A stretch of 64,000 nucleotides of DNA from Dehalococcoidia bacterium (GTDB taxonomy: Bacteria > Chloroflexota > Dehalococcoidia > DSTF01 > JALHUB01), in NCBI GenBank assembly GCA_030018455.1, contig JASEFU010000007.1:27897-91896 (forward strand), given 5' to 3'. Below the pieces are notes generated by a model. The model saw only the letters and a list, made by a program, of their open reading frames with translations. It was not told the origin of the DNA and did not search any database. A program made the position numbers and the translations under genes. Position 1 is the stretch's first letter. Each line of letters starts with the position of its first letter. Of this stretch, positions 1 to 9,145 are shown piece after piece.

Positions 1-311
1 ATCTCCCAGACCGGCTCGAGACGGTTGATCCCCGCATTGTTGACGAGGATGTCGATGCGGCCGTAGCGCTCGAGCGCCGTCTTCACCGCCTGCGCGACCT
101 GCTCGCTGTTCCTCACGTCGACCTCCAGCGCGAGGAAGTCGCGCCCGTAGTCGCTGGCCATCGCCTGCGCCAGCTCTTGCACGCGGCGCGCGTGGGCGTC
201 GGTGAGGACCACGTCCGCGCCTTCGGCAGCGAAGCGGCGCGCCACCGCCTGTCCGATGCCCGCGCCCGCCGCCGCCGTGACGATCGCTACCTGTCCTTCC
301 AGCTCGCCCAT
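1..311 (-). CDS. Short-chain dehydrogenase/reductase (SDR), N-terminal part; gene runs off the left edge
   Basis: Reverse translation from ATG 311-309 reads MGELEGQVAIVTAAAGAGIGQAVARRFAAEGADVVLTD...YGRIDILVNNAGI. It has the Rossmann Gly-rich motif and the NNAG motif of classical SDRs. It starts 3 nt after the stop of the upstream crotonase gene. It is absent from the ORF track because no stop lies in the window. Confidence 0.8.
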   Translation of the reverse strand, partial: MGELEGQVAIVTAAAGAGIGQAVARRFAAEGADVVLTDAHARRVQELAQAMASDYGRDFLALEVDVRNSEQVAQAVKTALERYGRIDILVNNAGINRLEPVWE

Positions 312-313
312 GT

Positions 314-1180
314 TCAGCCTCCCTTCGGAGTGTAGACGCCGCCCTTGCGCGGGAACTTGCGGTAGTCGGGCTCGCGCCGCTCGAGGAAAGCGTTCTTGCC
401 CTCGTCCGCTTCACCGCTCTGGAAGAAGTCGGGCGCGAACTCGCCCACCCAATCGCGCAGCGAACCTTCCCGGAGCGGGTCGTAGACGGAGCGGAAGGTG
501 GCCTTGACGATCTTCAGACAGCTCGGGCTCTTCGCCATCAGCTCCTCGCACCACTGGTCGACCTCTTCGTCCAGCTTGTCGAACGGCACGACCTTGTTGA
601 CCAGCCCCATCGCCAGCGCCTCCTGCGCCGTGTACGGGCGGCAGAGCATCCACATCTCGCGCGCCTTCTTGTGTCCGACGACCCACGTCAGGAAGGACAC
701 CCAGTGCCCTGAGGCCGGGCTCCCCACGCGCGGCCCGACCTGCCGAAAGGTGGCGTTCTCGGCGGCGATGCTGAGGTCGCAGAAATAGGCGAGATGGTTG
801 CCGCCGCCGACCGCGTGCCCGTTGATCCGCGCGATAACCGGCTTAAGAAAGTCCTCGATACCGGCGTGCGGATCGAAGTCGGGGTCGCCCCACCGGTCTT
901 CCTGCTGGACCTCCGCCAGCCACTTCACGTCGCCGCCGGCGCAGAACGCGCGGTCGCCGGCGCCCGTGATGACGAGGACGCCCACGGAATCGTCGGCGTT
1001 GGCGTCGTCCACCGCTTGTCGCATCTCGGCCAGCGTCTCGCCCGTGAACGAGTTCATGGCCTGCGGTCGGTTAATCGTGATCCAGGCTGCCCCCTGTACG
1101 CGGTGGTGCTTCTGATAGATGATGTCCTTAAATTGGAACGATGTCACTCCGGGCACCTCCTTTTGTGTTCGATGGAGCAC
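314..1180 (-). CDS. Enoyl-CoA hydratase/isomerase (crotonase) superfamily protein, MenB/BadI-like
   Basis: 288-aa track ORF. It contains ...WITINRPQAMNSFTGETL...VLVITGAGDRAFCAGGDV...INGHAVGGG, a typical crotonase-fold oxyanion-hole region. Confidence 0.8.
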   Translation of the reverse strand: MLHRTQKEVPGVTSFQFKDIIYQKHHRVQGAAWITINRPQAMNSFTGETLAEMRQAVDDANADDSVGVLVITGAGDRAFCAGGDVKWLAEVQQEDRWGDPDFDPHAGIEDFLKPVIARINGHAVGGGNHLAYFCDLSIAAENATFRQVGPRVGSPASGHWVSFLTWVVGHKKAREMWMLCRPYTAQEALAMGLVNKVVPFDKLDEEVDQWCEELMAKSPSCLKIVKATFRSVYDPLREGSLRDWVGEFAPDFFQSGEADEGKNAFLERREPDYRKFPRKGGVYTPKGG

Positions 1181-1284
1181 GGCGATTATAAGTCCGCGCC
1201 CCGCTGCTCAACAACGGTCGACGGCGGCGTCCGGCGCGGCGGCGTGACGCGAGAAGCGCGCCATCGGAAGCACGACGGGACTGC

Positions 1285-1293
1285 TGCTATAAT
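1285..1293 (+). promoter_or_regulatory. Candidate extended -10 promoter (TGcTATAAT) for the first Eis-like gene
   Basis: TGCTATAAT lies at 1285-1293, about 36 nt upstream of ATG 1329. The GGGAG Shine-Dalgarno lies 4 nt before that ATG. I see no good -35 element. Confidence 0.4.
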
Positions 1294-1328
1294 GGCCGTC
1301 GTTGGAGCAAAGCCGGGAAAGGGAGCTT

Positions 1329-2552
1329 ATGGACTTCGAGGTACGACCTGTCCGCGATGATGAGATAGAAGAGTTTGTGTACATCAACGCCTACGCCTTC
1401 GACCGCGACCGCGGCCCCGCCGCTATCGAGGAGGCCGCCGCCCGCGAACGCGAGTGGTACAAGCCGGAATCGAGGCTGGCGGTCTTCGTCGACGGCCGGA
1501 TGGTCGCCAGGATGCACCTTCTCCCTTTCGACATGTACCTCAACGGCGGCGCGGTGCGTACGGGCGGGATAGGAGGCGTCGGCGTCCTTCCCGAGTACCG
1601 ACGCCGCGGTCTCACCGCCGCCCTGCTGCAGCGCGGCCTGAATGACATGCGCGAGTCCGGACAGGTAATCTCCGCGCTCTACCCTCTTCACTACGAGCTG
1701 TACCGGCGCTACGGCTGGGAAATCGTCTCCGCGTCCGTCCGCTACTCTTTTAGTCCCGATGACGTCCACGTCGCGCGTCCCGCCCCCGGGGAATGCCGCC
1801 GCGTCACCGCGGATGAATGGCCGGCGCTCGATGCCGTATACAGGGAGTACGCCGCCAATCACAACGGGTCGCTGGCCCGCGACGAGTTCTGGTGGCGCGA
1901 GGCGGTATTCGGGAGCGGGCGTGATTCGCGCGACGTCGCCGTCTGGGAGCTGGACGGCGCGATGAGGGGCTACGTCGCCTACGGCACGCGCAGCTTCTCG
2001 CTCCCCGAACGCTTCATGCCGGCCTCTACCCTGTGGGTGCGGGAGCTGGTAGCCCTTAACGGCGATTCCTACGCCGGACTCGTCGGCTACCTCCTCCACC
2101 ATGACCTGCAGGAGCGAATAGAGTGGACGTCCTCTCCGGAGGAGCCGCTGCTCTACATCCTGAACGATCCGTCGAAGGTGAAGACGGAGATAGGGTGGCC
2201 GCAGATGGCCCTCCGCCTCGTCGACGTGCCGCGGGCGCTGGAGGCGCGGCCCTGTCTCCCCGTCGCCGACGGCGCCCGGCTGACCATGGCGGTCCGAGAC
2301 GTGGTTGCCGGCTGGAACGAGGGCACGTGGCGGCTGGAAGTGACCGGCGGACAGCTACGCGCCGAGCCGGCAGCATCGACGGCCGACCTGACGGTGGAAG
2401 TAGGGACGCTCGCCGCCCTCTACGCCGGACGCCTGTCCGTGCGGGAAGCGGCCAGGGCGGGACTCCTCGAAGCGCGCGGCGAGCAGGCGCTGGAACAGGC
2501 CGGAAACATCTTCGCCGTCGGGTCTTCCTTCCGCTGCCTCGACTGGTTCTAA
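1329..2552 (+). CDS. Eis-like GNAT acetyltransferase (GNAT + GNAT-like + SCP2-like C-terminal domain), copy 1
   Basis: Track ORF 1302..2552. I prefer ATG 1329 (MDFEVRPVRDDEIEEFVYINAYAF...) because it has an RBS and aligns with the paralogue's start. The acetyl-CoA motif region is LPEYRRRGLTAALL and the conserved C-terminus ends ...FRCLDWF. 407 aa. Confidence 0.75.
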   Translation: MDFEVRPVRDDEIEEFVYINAYAFDRDRGPAAIEEAAAREREWYKPESRLAVFVDGRMVARMHLLPFDMYLNGGAVRTGGIGGVGVLPEYRRRGLTAALLQRGLNDMRESGQVISALYPLHYELYRRYGWEIVSASVRYSFSPDDVHVARPAPGECRRVTADEWPALDAVYREYAANHNGSLARDEFWWREAVFGSGRDSRDVAVWELDGAMRGYVAYGTRSFSLPERFMPASTLWVRELVALNGDSYAGLVGYLLHHDLQERIEWTSSPEEPLLYILNDPSKVKTEIGWPQMALRLVDVPRALEARPCLPVADGARLTMAVRDVVAGWNEGTWRLEVTGGQLRAEPAASTADLTVEVGTLAALYAGRLSVREAARAGLLEARGEQALEQAGNIFAVGSSFRCLDWF

Positions 2553-2671
2553 CGCCGCTCCCGCCGTCTCGCTCCTCGAAGCGGAAGACAAGATGTGTCT
2601 CTGCGTCAACGCCGCTGTTCCCTTCCCGCCTTAGAATGATCGTGTGAGGCGGGTGAGTGGAGGTGGACGCA

Positions 2672-3895
2672 ATGGACGCGAGAATACGCCCCATCCACGA
2701 AGAGGAGACCGACGAGTTTGTCTACATCAACGCTTACGGCTTCGACCGCGACCGCAGCCCGGAAGCTCTCGCCGAAGCGGCCGCTCTCGAGCGCAGGCTG
2801 TACCCGCCGGAATCGAAATTCGCCGCATTCCTCGATGGGCGCATGGTGGCGCGGATGCACCTCTTTCCCGCCGGTGTCTACCTGAACGGCGGAGTGGTCC
2901 CCATGGGCGCAATCGGCGGCATTGCTGTCCTGCCCGAGCACCGGCGACGGGGACTGACCGCAGCCCTGCTGCTACACGCGCTGAACGAGATGCGCGGCCG
3001 CGGGCAGGCCGTCTCCGCCCTCTACCCGATGCACTACGATCTGTACCGGCGTTATGGGTGGGAGGTCGTGTCCGACTCCGTGCGCTACTCCTTCCCTCCT
3101 AGGCGGACGCGCGTGGCGCGCTGCGCCGCCGGCTCTTGCCGCCGCGCCGCCGCGGACGAGTGGCCTGCGCTCGATGCCGTGTACGCGCGGTACGCAGCGC
3201 GACATAACGGCTGCCTCACGCGCGAAGAGCCCTGGTGGCGGGAGACGGTGCTGGGCGGCGGCCACGAGGCGCGCGACCTCGCCCTGTGGGAGATCGACGG
3301 CGCGGTCACGGGCTACGTCGTCTACCGTAGCCGCCACTTCCCCGTCCCGGAGCGCTACCAGCCGATGTCCGTTCTCCAGGTCCGCGAGCTGGTCGCCCTC
3401 GACGGCGACTCCTACGCCGGGCTGCTGGGCTTCGTGCTCCACCACGATCTGCACGACCGGGTGGACTGGCCTTCTTCCCGCCAGGAGCCGCTGCCGTACG
3501 TGATTGACGACGCCTCGAAGGTCAAGGTGGAGAACGGTTGGCCGCAGACCGCGCTCCGCCTCGTCGACGTGCGGCGGGCCCTGGAAGCGAGGCCGTGCCT
3601 CCCCATCGCCGAGGGCTGCCGACTCACAATCGGCGTGCGAGACGCCGCTGCCGGCTGGAACGAGGGCGCGTGGCGGCTGGAGGCGTTCGAGGGTAGGGCG
3701 AGGGTAGAGCCGACGGCAGCCGAACCCGACCTCACGGTCGAGGTGGGCGCGCTGGCGGCGGTCTACGCCGGGCGCCTGCCGGTGGGAGAGGCGGCGAGGG
3801 CGGGACTGATTGAAGTGCGCGACGAGCGGGCGCTGGATGTTGCCTCAAACTTTTTCGCCGTCAGCTCCCCGTTTCACTGCCTCGACTGGTTCTAG
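2672..3895 (+). CDS. Eis-like GNAT acetyltransferase, copy 2 (tandem paralogue)
   Basis: Track ORF 2657..3895. ATG 2672 (MDARIRPIHEEETDEFVYINAYGF...) is preceded by GGAGG. It is colinear with copy 1 and also 407 aa, with LPEHRRRGLTAALL and a ...FHCLDWF end. Confidence 0.75.
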   Translation: MDARIRPIHEEETDEFVYINAYGFDRDRSPEALAEAAALERRLYPPESKFAAFLDGRMVARMHLFPAGVYLNGGVVPMGAIGGIAVLPEHRRRGLTAALLLHALNEMRGRGQAVSALYPMHYDLYRRYGWEVVSDSVRYSFPPRRTRVARCAAGSCRRAAADEWPALDAVYARYAARHNGCLTREEPWWRETVLGGGHEARDLALWEIDGAVTGYVVYRSRHFPVPERYQPMSVLQVRELVALDGDSYAGLLGFVLHHDLHDRVDWPSSRQEPLPYVIDDASKVKVENGWPQTALRLVDVRRALEARPCLPIAEGCRLTIGVRDAAAGWNEGAWRLEAFEGRARVEPTAAEPDLTVEVGALAAVYAGRLPVGEAARAGLIEVRDERALDVASNFFAVSSPFHCLDWF

Positions 3896-3898
3896 CGC

Positions 3899-6469
3899 CT
3901 AGCGCTCCTTGTGGATAGTTGACGAGAGGACCTCGCTCACGCGGTCGTCGCGGGGGAAGTAGGCGACGGCGTCGACGGCGGGCAGGCCGCCGGGCGGCGT
4001 CCGGTCGATGAAGTAGCGCGCCCAGTTGTCCCAGCAATCCAGGTCGAAGAGCTGGCGCAGGATGTCGGCGGAGCTGAAGCCGCGGTACTCCTCCGGGAAC
4101 CACCAGCGGTGATGGTAGCGCAGCTCCTCGCCGAACAGCGCCGGGTCGGCCACGACGTCCGCCCGGTTGCGCCAGCTAACGAGCGCCACGCTGCCGGACG
4201 GCGGCTCGATCTTCCCGTCCTCCACAAACGTCAGGTTCTCGTACTTGCGCAGGTACCAGGCCCACGGCCAGTTGAAGCTGTCGCGGGCGTCGATCACTAT
4301 CGGCAGCTCCGTCCCTTGCCCTGAGATGGCGGCGATTCTGTCAATCGCATCGCGCACCAGCAGAATGTCCGGCGACGGTTGTACGTATGCCAGCAGTTCG
4401 ACCGGCGTGTCCCCGCGGTCGCGCGAAGCCAGCGTGTCGCTGTTTTCCAGCAGGCCGGGGTGCCCCCAGCTCGAGAGGACGCCGGCGCGCACCGTCAGAA
4501 CGAGCAGCCCGGCCGCCACCGCCACTGTCGCCACGCGGGCCGCCGTCGCCGCGTTCGCCTTGAGCGCCGACCAGGCAACGAGCGCGAGCGTCGCCGCCAG
4601 CAGGCACGAGCCCGCGAACGTTCCGCTTCCGCCCCTCCATACGAGGAAGGCGATGGCAGCGGAAGCGCCCGCCAACGCCGATGCCGGCAGGAGCCAGCGG
4701 CCCGGCGCCGGTATCGATGGGTGGACCTCGATGCCGGCGAGGAGATCGCCGAGCGTCTTCCCCGCAAGGATGCACAGCGGCAGCGCGATGTGGACGTTCA
4801 GCCAGGGCATCTTCTCGCCAGCCAGCGTGAAGGCGAAGAGCGCCGCCAGCGTCCAGTAGAAGAGGAATCGCGTTAGAGAAGCCATCGGCAGGACGAGGAA
4901 CACAGCGGTGACCGCGAGGAAGCCCACTTGCATCCGATACGCTCCCAACAAGGGCACCGATTCGCCGACGAGCGCCAGCGCCAGCACGGCTGCCAGCGCC
5001 GCCGCCGCGATCAGCTTGTGCCGTCGCTCTCCGCGGACGACGTAGACGAGCGCCGCCCCCAGCGCGAAGCACAGCGGCAGGAACTCGTACACCGGCAGCA
5101 ACATGAAGTAGTAGTACGAAGGCTGGTCGCCGAGGCGCGCCCCCTGCTGTCCCAGCCAGTAATCGAGCGAGCCCCAGGCGCCGGACCAGAAGCCGTCGGC
5201 GTTGGTGAAGAACGACGTGTAAAGCGAGATCAAGATCGTGTAGAAGAGGGCGGAGCATATCATCCAGACGCGCCAGCGCCAGAGAAAGCCGACAATGAAC
5301 GAGGCGGCGATCAGCAGAAGCACCGTCGTCCGCATCACCGCCAGCTCCGCCGGGACGTCATACCCTCTGTCGCCGACGAAGGGCAGGCTTTCCACCGTCG
5401 CCGCCAGCAGCGGCAGCGACAGGCAGCCCATGAGCGCGAGCGGATGCCCGGCGCGCGGGAAAACGTGAAGCCCCAGGCGGCGCCGCAGCCCGCCGAGCAA
5501 CGGCCACAAAGCGACGATGAGCCAGGCCACCGGCAGGAGCAGCGCCCAGGCCGGCAGGCTGCTCGGAAGGGCCTTCGCCGGCTGCTCCGGGCCGGGTGGC
5601 TGAGTCTGTGGTCTGGCGGGAGGCACGGCCCCTTCCCCGACCGCCTGTGGACGTGGGCCGGACAGCGCCCGGTACGCCTTCTCGATGCGTCGGGTCTCTG
5701 CTTTCGACGGCTTCTTGCGTCCGGCCAGCAGGCGGCGGTAGGCGCGCCGCACGTCGCGGTGTCGCGCCCCTTCCGGCACCCCCAGCACGGCGTAGGGGCT
5801 CTCAGTCGGGCCGCTCCCTTGAGGCGGGGACTGCCTCGGCAGCAGCACAGGGCGCCACCCCATCTGGGCCCCCATCTCGCTCGTCACCAGCAGGTCGAGG
5901 TAGACGAGGAGGATGCCGACGGTGATGAAAGTGACCTCCTTCGCCGCGAAGCTCAGCGCGAGCAGCGCTGCCGTCAAGTACAGGTAGAGGCGGCGCCCTT
6001 CCGCCAGGAAGCGCCAGATACAGATGACGAGTCCAAACGTAAACAGCGCAATGTAGATGTCGTTGCGGGCAAAGCGGCTGAAATAGAGCAGCGTCGGCGA
6101 GACAGCGAGCATCAGCGACGTGACAAGCGCACCGACCCTGCCCAGCTGACCGCGGAACAGGAACGGTAGGGCAGCCAGCGCCGCGCCGAAAAGGGCAGGG
6201 AGGAGGCGCGCCGTGAAATCGCTGTCACCGAACAGGACGAACACGAGGGCGGTGGCGAAGAACTGGAACGGCCCGTGCGTCAGCGGATTGTGCTCGTAGC
6301 CGCGGCCGTCGGCAAGCTGCCAGGCGAACCCAGCGTGCACCGCCTCGTCGCCGTGGAAGGTGCGGGCGTCGAGCTGCCAGAACCGCAGCAGGAGCGCCAG
6401 CGCCGCGATCGCAAGGAACAGCGCCACCTCGATGCGTGTCAACGGTAACTTGCCGCCGGGATCGTGCAT
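3899..6469 (-). CDS. Large polytopic membrane protein, TIGR03663/Agl23-like GT-C-type glycosyltransferase family, with an inserted J-domain-like loop
   Basis: Track ORF 3899..6604. I prefer ATG 6469, which lies 3 nt after the stop of the upstream gene. The N-terminus LRFWQLDARTFHGDEAVHAGFAWQLADGRGYEHNPLTHGPFQFF matches my memory of the TIGR03663 family signature. It has many TM helices and a soluble C-terminal domain. Confidence 0.7.
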   Translation of the reverse strand: MHDPGGKLPLTRIEVALFLAIAALALLLRFWQLDARTFHGDEAVHAGFAWQLADGRGYEHNPLTHGPFQFFATALVFVLFGDSDFTARLLPALFGAALAALPFLFRGQLGRVGALVTSLMLAVSPTLLYFSRFARNDIYIALFTFGLVICIWRFLAEGRRLYLYLTAALLALSFAAKEVTFITVGILLVYLDLLVTSEMGAQMGWRPVLLPRQSPPQGSGPTESPYAVLGVPEGARHRDVRRAYRRLLAGRKKPSKAETRRIEKAYRALSGPRPQAVGEGAVPPARPQTQPPGPEQPAKALPSSLPAWALLLPVAWLIVALWPLLGGLRRRLGLHVFPRAGHPLALMGCLSLPLLAATVESLPFVGDRGYDVPAELAVMRTTVLLLIAASFIVGFLWRWRVWMICSALFYTILISLYTSFFTNADGFWSGAWGSLDYWLGQQGARLGDQPSYYYFMLLPVYEFLPLCFALGAALVYVVRGERRHKLIAAAALAAVLALALVGESVPLLGAYRMQVGFLAVTAVFLVLPMASLTRFLFYWTLAALFAFTLAGEKMPWLNVHIALPLCILAGKTLGDLLAGIEVHPSIPAPGRWLLPASALAGASAAIAFLVWRGGSGTFAGSCLLAATLALVAWSALKANAATAARVATVAVAAGLLVLTVRAGVLSSWGHPGLLENSDTLASRDRGDTPVELLAYVQPSPDILLVRDAIDRIAAISGQGTELPIVIDARDSFNWPWAWYLRKYENLTFVEDGKIEPPSGSVALVSWRNRADVVADPALFGEELRYHHRWWFPEEYRGFSSADILRQLFDLDCWDNWARYFIDRTPPGGLPAVDAVAYFPRDDRVSEVLSSTIHKER

Positions 6470-6471
6470 TC

Positions 6472-8667
6472 CTACGGGCTCCTTCCCTGCGCGGTCACCC
6501 GCTCCTCGGCGACCCTCGCTGTCGCGCCGATCGCCTCGCCGCCCGCCGGCTCCAGGCCTCTTATTCTGGGCCTGACCCTTATGAGGCGGAATAAGGGTGA
6601 CCACCTATTTCGGGCGAGGTAGTCGCCAATAGGGCAGAGCACTGCATACGCCACGCTCGCGTAGATGACCCCGCCGATGATGTCGACCACGTAGTGGTGC
6701 CCCAGATAAACGCTGCTGAAGAACACCGTGAGCGGATACAGGACGACAGGCCAGCCCCGCTTACCCCACAGCCGGCAGGCGAACAGGAAGAAGAGCCAGG
6801 GGTAGGCCGCGTGCAGCGACGGCATCGCCGCCACCGAATTCGGGCTCACCTTGTCGTAGAGGAAGGCGGTGTGCGACGACAGGTGGACGATCCTCACCCC
6901 CTCGAGATGGCCGTTCGCGCTCGCCCACCACGGCGGCGCCGTCGGCAACAGCAGGTAAGTGATGAAGCCGGCGTACGACAGCAGGAGCAGCGCCGTTATG
7001 AACCGCCAGTACTGTCCGCGCCGGTACTGCCAGATGAGCGCCGCGAACGCCAGCGGCACGACGAAGTGCGCCGCGTGCATCAGCGCCGCCGCCGAGTCGT
7101 ACCAGTGCGTCACCCCTTCATCGGAGAGCCAGCGCTGCAATATCTGCGTCGGGACGCGTCCGAAAAAGAGGAGCCGCTCCAGCGTGATCGGATAATCGAT
7201 GTGGACGTTCGCCGCGAGGTCGTCGGCGAACCCGCGCAGCGCGTCGTACGACAGCAGCAGCAGGACGAAGGGCGCGAAATCGCGGGCGAACTGCATCCGC
7301 CGTCGCCCCCACACGAAGCCGAGCAGCAGCAGCAGGAAGATGACGTCCGGCATCAGGAATGTGTTTCGGACGACGCACGCGGCGACGATAAAGGCGACGT
7401 AGGCCGCCTGCAGGATGAGCACAAGATTCACCTCGACGGGCCTGCCGCTCTCCGGCCGGGCGCCCCGCGACGCGGCAACCACCGGCCTTTTCTCCAACGA
7501 GACGGCCGCCGCGACGAGCAGCAGCGCCAGTGTCGGCGTGAGAACGTTCACCCCGGCGTCGTCGAGAAGGCGCAACCCCCAGAGCTGCGCGACCCACGTC
7601 AACAGCGCCAGCCCAATCCAGAGGTGGAGCCCCTGTCCCGTGCGTCGCGCGAAGGCCACACCCAGGACGACCGCCAGCGCCATCATCGTCAGGTCCTGCA
7701 TGTAGAGGTGCGGGTTCAGCAGAAGCGACGCCAGAATCAGCGCCGCGCACTGGAGGAGGAAGCGCGGCCTTGCAGGCTCCCACCTGCCCCGCAAGCAGAA
7801 CAGCGCCCCCAGCAGCGTGACGGCGTCCAGCGTCCAAGTCAGTGTCAGGTGTCCCGCGCTGCCATTGTCCAGGAAGCGGGACGCGAACCCGCTCCACCCG
7901 AACATGCCCTGCGGCGTCACGCCCCACTTGCCCTCCCAGCCCATGCTCTCGATGAGAAAGCGCGGGTACTCGAAGACGACCGAGACGCCGGCCACGGCGA
8001 TAGACACCATGGCGAGACACCAGGCGATGGCGGCAAACGTGGCCAGCGTTTGCCAGCGCCGTTTCCACAGCAGCAGCGCCAGCGGCAGCACGGCCATCTG
8101 CGGCTTCACCAGTAGCAGCGCCAGCGCCGCACCGGAGAGAGACTCGCGCCCTTTCATCTGGAAGACGATGAAGAAGAGCCATCCCATCATCATCAGCAGC
8201 GAGAGCTGCCCGTGCAGGACACACCAAGTCACGGAGTGCAGCGAGAGGAACCAGAGCCAGAAGAACAGGCGCTGACGGCGGCTCTCCAGGGCGAGCAGCC
8301 GCTCCAGAGCCAACGCGGACGCCAGCGCCAGGGCTGTGCAACTGATACCGATGAGTACGGCGGCCCACTCGATGGGGAGGGCGGAAAGCGGCGCGAAGGC
8401 GGCGGCGACGAACGGAGGGTTGAAGTAGGCAAGCACGCCTGTCCCGCCCACGCCCCGTCCCATCGACCGCACCTCGGCGTCGGCGACCGTCGGCACGTCG
8501 TAGAGCAGCCAGCCGTGGCCCTCGCGCACGAGGCGTCCCGCCGAATAGAAGACGACGTAGTCCTCGTGCGGCCCGCGGGGGCTGCGCCGCTCCTGACGGG
8601 CGTGGTACATATCGGCCACGTCCCACCAGGCGAGCATGCCGGCGGTAACGAAGCCGAAGAGGAGCAC
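6472..8667 (-). CDS. Fusion membrane protein: N-terminal DUF2029/GT87-like glycosyltransferase region + C-terminal PAP2_3 (inositol-phosphorylceramide-synthase-like phosphatase/transferase) domain
   Basis: 731-aa track ORF with a GTG start. The N-terminal half is polytopic and contains HEDYVVFYSAGRLVREGHGWLLYD, a GT87-like motif. The C-terminal ~300 aa carry the PAP2 motifs PSLHAAY and GHHYVVDIIGG. The true start may be an upstream CTG at 8802 (see findings). Confidence 0.7.
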   Translation of the reverse strand: MLLFGFVTAGMLAWWDVADMYHARQERRSPRGPHEDYVVFYSAGRLVREGHGWLLYDVPTVADAEVRSMGRGVGGTGVLAYFNPPFVAAAFAPLSALPIEWAAVLIGISCTALALASALALERLLALESRRQRLFFWLWFLSLHSVTWCVLHGQLSLLMMMGWLFFIVFQMKGRESLSGAALALLLVKPQMAVLPLALLLWKRRWQTLATFAAIAWCLAMVSIAVAGVSVVFEYPRFLIESMGWEGKWGVTPQGMFGWSGFASRFLDNGSAGHLTLTWTLDAVTLLGALFCLRGRWEPARPRFLLQCAALILASLLLNPHLYMQDLTMMALAVVLGVAFARRTGQGLHLWIGLALLTWVAQLWGLRLLDDAGVNVLTPTLALLLVAAAVSLEKRPVVAASRGARPESGRPVEVNLVLILQAAYVAFIVAACVVRNTFLMPDVIFLLLLLGFVWGRRRMQFARDFAPFVLLLLSYDALRGFADDLAANVHIDYPITLERLLFFGRVPTQILQRWLSDEGVTHWYDSAAALMHAAHFVVPLAFAALIWQYRRGQYWRFITALLLLSYAGFITYLLLPTAPPWWASANGHLEGVRIVHLSSHTAFLYDKVSPNSVAAMPSLHAAYPWLFFLFACRLWGKRGWPVVLYPLTVFFSSVYLGHHYVVDIIGGVIYASVAYAVLCPIGDYLARNRWSPLFRLIRVRPRIRGLEPAGGEAIGATARVAEERVTAQGRSP

Positions 8668-9145
8668 GGCAAGTATGCAAGTGGCAGCGCGCCGCGACGC
8701 TACGACGCGTGAGAGGAGGGAAGACGCCGTGCCGGGACTGCCTCCGGCGAGTTGCCGCTCCTCGGCTGTCGCTCGGGTGAGGTCAGGGGAGTGAGAGGAC
8801 AGAGCAAAGCCTCCTTACTTTGCGCTCTCCAGAGCTATCGGCCGGTCACGGGACTGCAAAGATAGGCGTTTCCCCTGATTCCGTCCCACCGGCTCCCCAT
8901 GCATCGGGCGGTCTCCCCATGCGACTTCCCGCATCCGCTTGTCCGCCTTCTATCCCGTTGAGAGGCCATCGACCGTCCGTCGGCAAGCGGTCAGTTATAG
9001 GGGAGAAGCCGGCGCGAATAGGTGAAAGGACGCAGGTAGACGCGGCCCGTTCCTGCCGAAGCTGATCAGCGACGTACCCGGCCGCAGGGAAGCAGATCGG
9101 CCGACCGCCTCGCGCCAGACGCCGGCGGGACGCTCAGGCTCAGGA

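Noticed and set aside
6470-6604. 45-codon N-terminal extension of the TIGR03663-like ORF; likewise 39582..39770 for DUF35, 40898..41053 for the thiolase-like gene, 45780..45917 for nrtR and 18157..18288 for usp
   Set aside because: The extensions are Arg/Gly/Pro-rich and overlap the upstream gene or lack an RBS. The internal starts have good Shine-Dalgarno sequences or stop-start coupling and match the family N-termini.
4928-8115. Plus-strand ORFs 4928..6169 (413 aa) and 6694..8115 (473 aa)
   Set aside because: They are antisense to the two membrane glycosyltransferase-like genes. They are Arg/Gln/Glu/Pro-rich with no hydrophobic core or motifs, so I treat them as GC-driven shadow ORFs.
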